DNA of 64,000 bases from the NCBI GenBank assembly GCA_963514005.1, contig OY740810.1:17236001-17300000 (forward strand), read 5' to 3'. The first letter of the stretch is position 1. Each line of letters opens with the position of its first letter. Shown here in pieces: positions 1-10,680 of the stretch. A model generated the notes under the pieces. It was not told the origin of the DNA and did not search any database. It saw only the letters and a program-made list of their open reading frames with translations. The position numbers and the translations under genes were made by a program. This stretch comes from Raja brachyura (taxonomy: Eukaryota).

Positions 1-600
1 GTGAAATTAAACCATTCCTACATCATCAGGTTCTGGAACCAACCTGCACAGCCCTAAATGTATCTCAGCAAAGGAACATTATGGACCACCTCTTGCACTA
101 CCATTGATAGTTTTCTCATTGTGTTTTGCTCTAATGTTTTGTTTTTTTGCCCAGTCTTTTTCTTTTTACTGTGTCTTATAAAATGTAATTGTAACTTATT
201 TATAATGTATGTTTATATGCATTATTTGAGTCGATGCACCTGTAATGCTACTGCAAGCAAGATTTTCATTGTACCTGACCATACTTGTGCTTATGATTAT
301 AAACACTTCTTCTTTGGATGTTGGGTGGGCTAATATGGGTTGATTGTACATAATGAATGGTAGGATGTATGGGAGTATTGTGCACAATAGAGGGATCTTG
401 ATGTACAAATCTACAAATATCTGAAGATGGTACCACATAGAGTCAAGATGGTGAAGAAGGCATATGGGATACTTGTCTTCTATAGCAGTAGCATAGAATA
501 TAAGAGAAAGGAGGTTATGATACAACCTTAGAAAATATTGGTTAGGTGGAGTACTGTGCACAGTTCTGGTCCCCACACTTTATGAAGGACAGAACTCTGG
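1..600 (+). mobile_element. Old LINE remnants (Rex1-like 3' end followed by a CR1 fragment)
   Basis: Degenerate similarity to LINE 3' ends and to the CR1 RT C-terminal sequence at 21929-22620. Confidence 0.45.
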
Positions 601-949
601 ATTATTAATTCAAATCCCATCATGGCAGCTAAGAAATTTAAATTCAATAATGAACCTAAAATAAATAAAAGAAACCTAGTATTGATAACCATTAAAGTAT
701 GGGATTGTTGTAAGAACTATGGTATTCTAATTTATGAAAGGGATGGAAATCTGTCATCATTACTCATTGTGGCTCGTATGTGACTATAGACTTACCAATT
801 TGTAATATATACAAAATATATACTTTGGGCATTGTTGAAGACAGTGGTGCAAGTCAGGAAAATGGGAAAGCAGATTAAGCCAATTAGAAAGCAGCAGTGG
901 CAACTATTATCACGGTCACCCATTCTGTTACAGGTACACCACATGCTTC

Positions 950-1700
950 AAGGTTAGAATCTGAAATTTAAAAAATACTGGAAATCTTCAGCAGATTGGA
1001 TAGCATCTGCGGTGACGTCAACAATTCAGGGTGACGACCTTCCATCAGAGCTGGGAAAAGTTACAAAAGACTAAATTTAAAGTAGTGAAAGTAAGGGGTG
1101 GGGGGGGGGGAAGGGGTGGAGAAAACAAAACGATACATTTGTCCTAGCGTGGAGACCAGGGGAGATTGAATTATATAAATAATAGTAATGCCAGAAAAAA
1201 AATAGACTATAAAGCGAATAAGAAATAGTGTGCGCCAAGGAGATTAAATAACTCTGAAATGACCAGAGAAGAGAACAAGACTGAATGCTGAATGCTGGAA
1301 ATGTAATATACGACTGGATTCCATATTTGTAAATGTATTGTGTTGGAAGAGAAGGTGTTGTTCTTCAAGGTTAGGTTTGGGTTTGTTGAAATCTTGTTCG
1401 AAGCCAAAGTTAGAGTGGGTGTTGGATGGAGAGTTAAAGTGACAAGACAAATGGAACCTCTGGGACCATCCTTTGCTGACCAAACGGAGGTATTCTGGTA
1501 TCCTGGACATTGGATGGGGTGGAAATGTAAGGCAGGTGTGGCAACTTCTGCAATTAGATGGGAAGGTGACTATGGGAAATCAAGTGGCTCTTGGTGGAGT
1601 TGTAAGACTGAACCAGAGTGTTTTGGAGGAAAAAGCCCCCTTAGAACATCGAAGGGAGAGGAGAGGAGGGGAAAATGATCTGACATCGCATTAATGGTAC
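950..1700 (-). mobile_element. Old Penelope-like element remnant
   Basis: Degenerate reverse-complement similarity to the GIY-YIG/3' region of the younger Penelope copies (e.g. KPKPNLEEQHLLF). Confidence 0.5.
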
Positions 1701-2604
1701 GTTTTCATATCAATAAAAGACTAGTTAGTGAACAAAAAAAAAGTAGTTTTTTGAGTTTAAAGAAGTGCTGAGTTTCAGTTTGACAGATGACTGTGTATTA
1801 CTATATTTGCACTGGACCAGAATTCAGACTCTATCCCGCTGAGCTGACACTAGAATGTTGAGGAAGAAACAGGAAATACCTTGATCTTGAAAGATCGTAC
1901 GCCAGTATTGGCAATTACTTATTTTTCTGTCAAATTTCAATATCCAGCTGTATTGCTACCCGCGTTTATTTATTTCTTCGTGGATTCCTAATTGGAAACC
2001 ATTTGACGAAAGTATATGAGAATAACCATGTGCCCTCGCTGGATCTACTTTGGGAATGTGCATCGCAGCTAGACAGCTGCAGTTATTCTTAGACCAGCTA
2101 TTTATTCTCTCTTCTCTGACACATAAGGAACCTCCTGCAGATTCTCACCGTCCCTCACACCCGCCACCACCATATACACAACCTCCAAATGTGCCAAAAT
2201 GCTCCTTCCGTTGATGGCAAAGTAAGGAGAGGGAAGTAAAAAGATCAATACTTTGATAAAGGTCGGGTTTAAAGGACGCAGACTGCGGTACTGGACACGC
2301 TGCAACAACAGAGGCCAGCTGCTGCCCGGTGGTTCTGGGGTTACCACCCGATGTCCTTCTGATCATTAGTGATTTCATTCGGCAAATACACAGTTGCAGA
2401 ACCAAACGTTAAAGCGAATCGCTTTCAGATCTCGACCCGGCCCAGGATTAAAGTAAGACACACGCCGAGCAGGATGAAACACAGCAAATTCTAGAAATGC
2501 GTCCGGTCTCTTGGGCTGTGAATAATGCAAGTACGAAAGAGGATTGTCCTCAAACATAACCACGTCCCCCTGCCCCAATACCACCGAGACTGAAATGCAC
2601 AGAC

Positions 2605-2728
2605 CTGGTTCGTATTTCAAGTAGAGAATTGACACGATGTAATAAGCCAGGTCAAACAGCGGGAACATGGTGAGTTTAGAAAAATAAAGAGCGATGTCGC
2701 TCAGATTCAGCACCGCCAGGACATCCAT
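2605..2728 (-). CDS. TMEM38A: TMEM38A (trimeric intracellular cation channel TRIC-A), first coding exon; the rest of the gene lies left of the window
   Basis: [41 protein letters not shown](G) closely resembles the vertebrate TRIC-A N-terminus ([21 protein letters not shown]). Similarity stops at a CAG|GTCTGT donor (intron starts at 2604 on minus). 124 nt, phase 1. Confidence 0.93.
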
Positions 2729-3250
2729 GCTGAGGCTTTTGCTGCTTCTGGTTCCGGTAAATGCTTTGGCCTGGTGGCTATAAATCTTTCCTCCGGTTCC
2801 ACGTCTCTCTCTGTCTCTCCTCCACTCTCTCTCCTTCTCTGCCTCTCTTTCTGTCTCTCTATGTCTATCTGTCTGCCTTTCCTCAGCTGTGGTTGACAGT
2901 GTAAATGTCCCTAACTCGGCCCCTGACTATCACAAATAAACCCTTGACGTCACCCACACAACACACAATTGCACTGCTAACGTGTGATCAAAGCCAATCA
3001 GGGACCTATCTCTGCAGCCTACACAAAAATAAACAGCACAAACACAGCCTTAAAAAGGCAAGCGGGGGAAACAACCCAGCGAGAGGAAAGGCTTGTCAAA
3101 GCGAAACTGCTCTCACACCTCACACCCTTATCATTGGATCCTTGGAGGACCCGAGGAGTCAGGTGTCATCAGGCGAGGGCGGTGACGTCGGGATCCGGAA
3201 TTAAACAGAAAACAGCAGCCTGAGCGGCAAACTCCCGGACTGCACCTTTT
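2729..3250 (-). promoter_or_regulatory. TMEM38A 5' UTR and proximal promoter region
   Basis: Directly upstream of the ATG. CT/GA-rich tract about 2803-2880, TGACGTCA at 2945-2952, CCAAT at 2994, near-CRE TGACGTCG at 3183; moderately CpG-rich. Confidence 0.55.
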
Positions 3251-3744
3251 GAAGGTGAATCACAGAGGGAGTACAGAAAGGACGAGCATTCTTCCCACGA
3301 TTCATCAACAGCACCACTTTAAACGACCTCCGCCTTCCACAAACGGATACGTTTATATCTACGGAATGTTCCCCATATGTTCTGCGTTTCCTACCCTTAA
3401 AACAAGCATAGCTTTAATACAAACTTGTAGTGTTTAAAAGGCTTCTTCTCCGGACTTAGTTCCTCAATGTCCAATGGCGGATGGACTATAAGCTGCAACC
3501 ATTATCCATAAAACATTTGCATTAGCTGCACTGGGCCCCTGTGCATCCCTCAGCACATACCCGTGTAGCGTGGAATGTGCCAGTTGGCAATATTCTCTTT
3601 TGAACGTGATGATTATCAAGTTTTGTACAGATCAAAGAGCGTATTTCATCAAGTTGATGATCTTCCAGCAGTACTTGATGTTTGTCTTGGTATGTGTCCA
3701 TGGGAACAGCCCATAAATCAGAGATGTTCATTATGATATATAAC

Positions 3745-4158
3745 ACCGCAAGTGGGAGGAACAGCACCTCATATTCCGCTTCGGGAGTCTGCATCCTCTG
3801 GGCTTAAACATTGAATGTTCTCAATTCTGTTAACCCTTGCTGCCTCCTCCCCTTCCCATCTCTCCCTCAGCCCTCGGGCCCTGGCATTCCCTCTCTATCT
3901 CTCCCCCACCCAAGTCGCACTAGCTTCTCATTTTCACACTACAAACAGCTTACAATGGCCTGTTTCCTTTATCATCGATACTTTTTTGCATATCTTTCAT
4001 TCATTGTTCTTTATCTCTCCACATCACCGTCTATATCTCTCGTTTCCCTGATCCCTAACCAGTCTGAAGAAGGGTCTCGACCCGAAACGTCGCCTATCTC
4101 CTTCGCTCCTTAGATGCTGCTGCACCCGCTGAGTTTCTCCAGCCTTTTGAGTACCCTT
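3745..4158 (+). mobile_element. Penelope-like element 3' end with terminal repeat
   Basis: EQHLIFR-type endonuclease tail, then CTGAAGAAGGGTCTCGACCCGAAACGTC terminal motif shared with 21421, 38333 and 63538. Confidence 0.7.
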
Positions 4159-4159
4159 C

Positions 4160-5230
4160 ATTATTATATAGCGGCTTGGAATGCCGCTTGACAGTCCACT
4201 CAGCAAAACCAGTCTGCGGGTAACCATCTCTTCCTCATCAGAGCCACCCCAAAGGCAGCATGTTCCAAACATGCAGGATGGATCTGTGTAGGAAAGAATT
4301 GTAGATACTGGTTTAAACCAAAAATAGACACAAATAACTGGAGTAACTCCACAGGACAGGCAGCATCTCTGGAGAGAAGGAATGGGTGACATTTCAGGTC
4401 GAGACCTTTCTTCCAACTGGTGCACAAGTCTGCCTGTCCCGCTGAGTTACTCCAGCTCTTTGTGTCTATACAGGAAGGATCTGATAAGGGTCGCTCTCAG
4501 CACCAGCCAAGTAAGGTGCTTGTTGAAACAAGGAACTGCCGATGCTGCTTTACTAAAAAAGACACAAAGTGCTGGAGCAACTCAGAGGGTTAGGCAGCGT
4601 CTCTGGAGAACATGGCTAGGTGACGTTTTGGGTCGTGACCCTTCGGGTCGAGTCAGACTGAAGAAGGGTCCCAACCTGAAACATTGCCTAACCATGTTCT
4701 GCAATAATGCTGCCTGACCTGTTAAGTTGTTCCAGCACTTTGAGTCTTTTCTTTGTGCTTGTTATTGAGTTCTGGCGAGGTATTCTGCAGATGACTTGGA
4801 CCGTCTGTTTAGGGAACCAGTCCACTTTATCTATCTAGTCCCACCGCGTCCGCTGGAGGTTGTATGCAGAGTACTATCTAATGACTTATAGTCCAAGGTG
4901 TTTTTCTTCTGATAGAACCTTTCCATTAAGGATAGGTAGTGCAGACATGGCCATCTGCCTGGTACATTGCATGGCGAAGGGGTTATCCTCAGAAACGAGT
5001 TGAACCTCAGCACTTAGTGCCAATGGATGTTTGCAATACTTTGGTGCCATGCACCACCTATTGTAGTCACACACAGAAATGGCCAAAGGATGAAGATGAG
5101 AAGGGTCTCGACCCAAAACGTCACCCATTCCTTCTCTCCAGAGATGCTGCCTGTCCCGCCGAGTTACTCCAGCTTTTGTGTCTATCTTAGGATGAAGATG
5201 ATGTTGGCTACGTTGTTGTCCTTGTTGTCC
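4160..5230 (-). mobile_element. Degenerate Tx1/L1-clade LINE ORF2 remnant, interrupted by palindromic Penelope-terminus elements
   Basis: Fragments such as LRFN...HYLSLMERFYQKKNTLDYKS resemble the post-RT region of Tx1-type ORF2 (recall, not searched). Insertions at about 4285-4470, 4525-4750 and 5095-5185. Confidence 0.45.
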
Positions 5231-5720
5231 AGGGACCTGTGCATTGCAACCCCTTAGGCTCATTCCATCTTGGATCCGCAGATTAACTGAAATATGGCTC
5301 AGGTAACTCCAAGGAAGAAGAACAGGGAATGGGCCACACGTGCTGGTGTTCTGCTTGTCCCATTGGTGGGGGTGCAAAGAATGATGTCCTGGATGAGATC
5401 CTGAGATTGAGGAATTCAGCGAGTGAGGGGGTGGCATTGTGGTCCGACGTTTATGAGGGGGGAGGGGAGTAAATGTTGGCAATGAGTTTACAATAGTGGG
5501 ACAATTGAGCCAATGGGCTCAGGTCCAGGGGTTAGGAGTCCAAGTGGGCTCGGAACCCGGGGCGGATGATTGGGAAACGACACCCGTGCTGGGCTTGCGT
5601 ATGATGGGGTACAGGTGGATTCAGGGTTGGGGTGATCAGGAGGAGTCGGTTCCTGGGAATGGTGGAGTAATGGTGGACTGGCGGATGGGGGGAACCGACA
5701 GCGAACTCAGGTCGTAGGAA

Positions 5721-6521
5721 TGGTGGGGTCCCGGTGGGATGGGGTCCTGGTGGGATGGGAACCTGGTGGGATGGGGTCCTGATGGAATGAGGTCCTGGTG
5801 GGATGGAGACCTGGTGGGATGGGGTCCTGGTGGGATGGGGACCTGGTGGGATGGGGACCTGATGGGATGGAGACCTGGTGGGATGGGGACCTGGTGGGAT
5901 GGATACCTGGTGGGATGGGGTCCTGATGGGATGGAGACCTGGTGGGATGGGGTCCAGGTGGGATGGAGACCTGGTGAGATGGGGTCCTGGTGGGATGGAG
6001 ACCTGGTGGGATGGGGTCCTGGTGGGATGGGGACCTGGTGGGATGGGGTCCTGGTGGGATGGGGTCCTGGTGAGATGGGGTCCTGGTGGGATGGAGACCT
6101 GGTGGGATGGGGTCCTGGTGGGATGAGGTCCTGGTGGGATGGAGACCTGGTGGGATGGGGACCTGGTGGGATGGGGACCTGGTGGGATGGGGACCTGGTG
6201 GGATGGGGACCTGGTGGGATGGGGTCCTGGTGGGATGGAGACCTGGTGGGATGGGGTCCTGGTGGGATGGGGTCCTGGTGGGATGGAGACCTGGTGGGAT
6301 GGGGACCTGGTGGGATGGAGACCTGGTGGGATGGAGACCTGGTGGGATGGAGACCTGGTGGGATGGGGACCTGGTGGGATGGGGTCCTGGTGGGATGGGG
6401 TCCTGGTGGGATGGAGACCTGGTGGGATGGGGTCCTGGTGGGATGGGGTCCTGGTGGGATGGAGACCTGGTGGGATGGGGACCTGGTGGGATGGGGTCCT
6501 GGTGCGATCCGGACCTGGTGG
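5721..6521. repeat. G-rich 16-bp minisatellite, about 50 copies
   Basis: Unit GG(G/A)G(T/A)CCTGGTGGGAT read directly; it explains the many repetitive ORFs at 5.5-7 kb. Confidence 0.97.
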
Positions 6522-7030
6522 GCTGGTAACTCGGGGTTTGGGCAGCAGCGGGTTGGGCTCGGCTCGGCTCGGTTTGGTTGACCGGAGAACGCGGTGGCGG
6601 CGCGCAACCAAACCTGTCCAACCAGACCTGTGGCCTGACGTCATCCTTCTGCGACTGTGTGGCTGCGTTGTGATTGGACGGCGGCGATGACGCCGCTGGG
6701 CTGCGCCGCGTGGTGAGGTGGAGGTGGACGGAGATGATCGGAGACTTTCTGCTGTTCGGGTAAAGGCCGTCGATCGGGGACCGGGTTCCCGGCGGAGGGG
6801 GCAGCGCCGGCCCCGAGGAGGGACTCGCCTGACGTTGGGCTGTGAGGGACCCGGCCTGACGCTGGGTCGCGCCTGGAGGCGGGGGTGGGCGGCGATGGAG
6901 CGGGCGGCGGTTGTTGTTGTGGGGGTTTGGGATTCAGGTCGGGCTGTGGTGGTCAAGGGGTTGTTGGTGGCCACTGGACATTGGCTTCAACTCCTGTGGG
7001 TACCAGGGGTACCGGGATACTTTAAACAAA
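6500..7030 (+). promoter_or_regulatory. CpG-island promoter of SMIM7
   Basis: Dense CpG around exon 1; full CRE palindrome TGACGTCA at 6636-6643; inverted CCAAT (ATTGG) at 6673-6677. Confidence 0.75.
6734..6759 (+). CDS. SMIM7: SMIM7 coding exon 1 (MIGDFLLFG)
   Basis: ATGATCGGAGACTTTCTGCTGTTCGG|GTAAAG inside a CpG-rich region; matches the SMIM7 N-terminus MIGDILLFG. Confidence 0.92.
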
Positions 7031-7865
7031 TGTAGGCAGTCCTTCTGTTACCCACGTAACCGTCCCATTGGAGCAATGTTTTAATTACTGACACTTTCAG
7101 ACACGCCCGTGAATTTTGTGCTGACTGCACTTATTTATATGCCCGCGCCTCGGGCAGAGAATTTCAGATGTTTGCACTGTGACTCCTGGTCGCAGAACTC
7201 TTGCCTGTGGAAATATCAATCCCACAAGACACGGTCCAGATGAAGAGTCTTCATCCAAAATGTCAACTGTCTATTTCTTCCACAGCTGCTGGCTTGCCCT
7301 CTGAGTTCGTCCAGCAGTTTGTTTTTAACACTTGCATTTATCTTCTCAGATTTGAAATAGTTTGTACATTTGAAGGAATCACCTCATTTATTTGAACTGT
7401 ACAGAGTATTACCCCGGTGTATTTTCACACACCAATCCAACCACAGCAGGAATCAAACTGGCTTTACTCCTTCTCACAATGTGTTCTTCATTTGTAATAT
7501 TATGTATCCAGGGCCTCACATAGTTGGTGCAGGACATCTCTATTCTTACACTCAAATCTTTTGCAGTAAGGATTCAATTACATTTTGCCTTCCTAAATTC
7601 TTGCTGCTACAAGTACATTATTTCTACATACTTGCTGCTACATTATTAACCTAGTGATATCAAAGAACAAGTAAAGTGGAGGGGAGAAATAGTGGGAATC
7701 CAGGTAGGGCACAGGGGAGTGAAGGGGGTGGGGAAAAGAGAGGGGGGGTGGGGGGAATGTTTGTGGGGAAGAAAGGGATTGAGGCGGGAGGTTGGTGAGA
7801 GGTTACCTAAAATTGGAGAATTCAGTGTTCATACCATTGGGTTATAATCTGCCCAAGCCAAATAT

Positions 7866-8279
7866 AAAAAATAGGTGCAGGAGTAGGCCATTCGGCCCTT
7901 CGAGCCTTCACTGCCATTCAATATGAACATGGCTGATCATCCAACTCAGTATCCTGTACCTGCCTTCTCTCCATACCCCCGATCCCTTTAGCCACAAGGG
8001 CCACATCTAACTCCCTCTTAAATATAGCCAACGAACTGGCCTCAACTACCTTCTGTGGCAGAGAATTCCACAGATTCACCACTCTCTGTGTGAAAAATGA
8101 TTTTCTCATCTCGGTCCTAAAAGACTTCCCCCTTATCCTTAAACTGTGATCACTTGTCCTGGACTTCCCCAACATCGGGAACAATCTTCCTGCATCTAGC
8201 CTGTCCAACCCCTTAAGAATTTTGTAAGTCTCTATGAGGTCCCCCCTCAATCTTCTAAATTCCAGCGAGTACAAGCCAA
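7866..8279 (-). mobile_element. CR1-clade LINE 3' fragment
   Basis: LGLYSLEFRRLRGDLIETYKILKG...FFTQRVVNLWNSLP; near-identical to copies at 16333 and 51414. Confidence 0.9.
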
Positions 8280-9560
8280 GATGTATTGATGTTCCTCCAG
8301 TTTGCATGTGGCCTCACTCTAGCAATGGAGGAGGCCCAGGACGGAAAGGTGAGAATGGGAAGGGAAGTTAAAATAGTTAGCAACCGGGAGATCCAGTGGG
8401 CCTTGACAGACCAAGTGCAAGTGATCAGCAAAACAGTTGCTTGGTGTCGCTGATGTAGAGGAGTCCACATTGGGAACACCAGATGCAGTAGATAAGGTTA
8501 GAGGAGGTGGTTCCTGTTTGGCTTTTTACCAGCGGCATATCTAGAGGAAAACACTCGCCTCCACTCAAAGCTCCTGAGACTTTGCAAAAATCATTAAATG
8601 TTTCTGACATTCAAACATTTAAAATATATTGAATGCTGCAAATTAAAACAAAATAATTAAAACATAGCTATATGCTGCCTAAAATTAACAAAATGTGAAG
8701 TTAGTGTAATAAAGTAATTTAGTCTACTTGCTAAATTCATCTATAGGGCTAAATCCTCTTTAAACGACGAGACCTCTATTTATTTGCCTGGCCCAGTTGC
8801 CATTGCATTGGAGAGGCGGATTATTTTATGCAATGATGGAGAATTGTGCCATGATTGTTCTCTGCTGTTGGACTCCATGTGGATTCCAGTGATGAAGCTG
8901 AAATAAGGGCATTTGCCTGCATACGTGTACCAGAGATGTTGTGGGTCTGCGTGGCTGTTAATGAACCAGGAGCCACTGAATACCAGTCAATCAAAGCAGA
9001 GCCATTGGTCACAGCCAGATTGACATGGCCCTTTATCAGCCATTGAATGCATGGGTTCCAGAAGTCTAAATACGACTGATTGTTTGATGTATGCAGCCTT
9101 TGCCATGAAGAATGCAGTTATTTGTGCTTGAGTCAGGAGCAGTTTTGCACAGAGAATGTAGTTTAGATTTACACTGGTGCAGAATGGAAGGAGGTTGCGT
9201 GGAGCATGGCTGTGCCATGAAGCGGAGGCTAATTGTTAAAGGCTCCATTATACAGAGGCGTGAAAGAGGTTTAATTTGTGAAATCTATTGCATAACTGAA
9301 ATTCCACCAAAAAATTGATTACGATCTGGACAATTGGCTGCTGTGCTTCCTGTGATTGAACATGAACCAACCTTCAACATACTTAATTGGTTGCAAAGAA
9401 TGTCAGGTGTTCCAAAGTGTAACACTATTTCAGGAACATACATACAAGATGAGACTTTAAGTTTTATATATATGTATAAATATTAGATATGTGTGTATAT
9501 ATATATATATATATAGATAAATTGTGCTTTTGTGTTTTCACCTAATTTAATCTCTTGCAG

Positions 9561-9602
9561 CACCTTGCTGATGAATGCAGGAGCTGTGCTGAACTTCAAA
9601 CT
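9561..9602 (+). CDS. SMIM7: SMIM7 coding exon 2 (TLLMNAGAVLNFKL)
   Basis: tctcttgcag| acceptor and |gtgagt donor; 42 nt; phase matches exon 1. Confidence 0.95.
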
Positions 9603-9764
9603 GTGAGTATGAGTCCCTGGGGAGGGATGAGTCCAGGCTTTTGTATCTTAAATTCATGTTGTCATTCCACTTAAAGTTATTTGAGAGTTTCTCAATCTGT
9701 GTTTGAACAATTGATAAAAATGCTCTATTGTTTTTGTTGGCGAGGGGGGGGCGGGGTGATGGGG

Positions 9765-10680
9765 AGAATGGCCCAATTTGCTCTGGGCCTCACTCTAACA
9801 ATGGAGGAGGCCCAAGACAGAAAGGTCAGATTGGGAATGAGAGGAGGAGTTAAATTGCTGAGCAACCGGGAGATCAGGTAGGTTAAGGTGGACTGAGCGG
9901 AGGTGTTCAGCGAAACGATCGCCGAGCCTGCGCTTGATCTCGCCAATGTACAGAAGTTGACACCTGGAGCAGTGGATACAGTAGAGGAAGTGCAAGTGAA
10001 CCTCAGCCTCACCTGAAAAGACTGTGGGGGTCCTTGGATGAAGTCGAGGTGGGAGGTTGCAATTGCAGGGGAATGTACCTGGGGAGGGGGTGGTTTGAGT
10101 GGGAAGGGACCAGTTGACCAGGGAGTTGCGGAGGGAACGGTCTCCGCGGAAAGCAGAAAGGGGTGGAGATGGGAAGATGTGGCCAATAGTGGGATCCCAT
10201 TGTAGGTTGCGAAAGCGCTGGAGGATTATATGCTGTATGTGACGGCTGATGGGGTGGAAGGTGAGGACAAGGGGGGACTTTGGCATTGTTGCAATGGGTG
10301 GAAGGGGAGCTGCAGGATATCGAGGAGACCCTAGTGACAACCTCATTTATAATGGATGATGGGAACACTTTTTTCTAAAGAATGAGGACATCTCTGATGA
10401 TTTATTATGGGAAAATCTCATCCTGGGCGCAGATGCGGTCTTGACGGAGGAATTGGGAGTAGGGGATAGAGTCTTTACAGGGAGCAGGGTGGGAAGAAGT
10501 GTAGTCTAGATAGCTGTGGGAGTCAGTAGGTTTGTAGTAGATGTTGGTCAATAGTCTGTCTCCTGTGATGGAGAAAGTGAGATCACGAAAACGGTAGGGA
10601 GATGTCGGAGATGGTCCAAGTGAAATTGAGTGCAGGATGGAAATTAGTCGTGAAATTGATGAAGTCAGTGAGTTTTGCAG
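9765..10680 (-). mobile_element. Penelope-like element fragment (RT C-terminus plus GIY-YIG endonuclease)
   Basis: CSRCQLLYIGEIKRRLGDRFAEHLRS...LPVAQQFNS is a GIY-YIG motif; frameshifted. Confidence 0.88.

Noticed and set aside
2375-2604. C-terminal part of the 117-aa ORF as TMEM38A coding sequence
   Set aside because: Similarity ends at the splice donor at 2604; the remainder is intron read-through.
5721-6521. CRISPR-like array
   Set aside because: Contiguous tandem units without unique spacers; vertebrate context; no cas genes.
5532-6974. Long Pro/His-rich or Trp/Gly-rich ORFs (up to 480 aa)
   Set aside because: Artefacts of the stop-poor 16-bp minisatellite and the CpG island; open in several frames on both strands.
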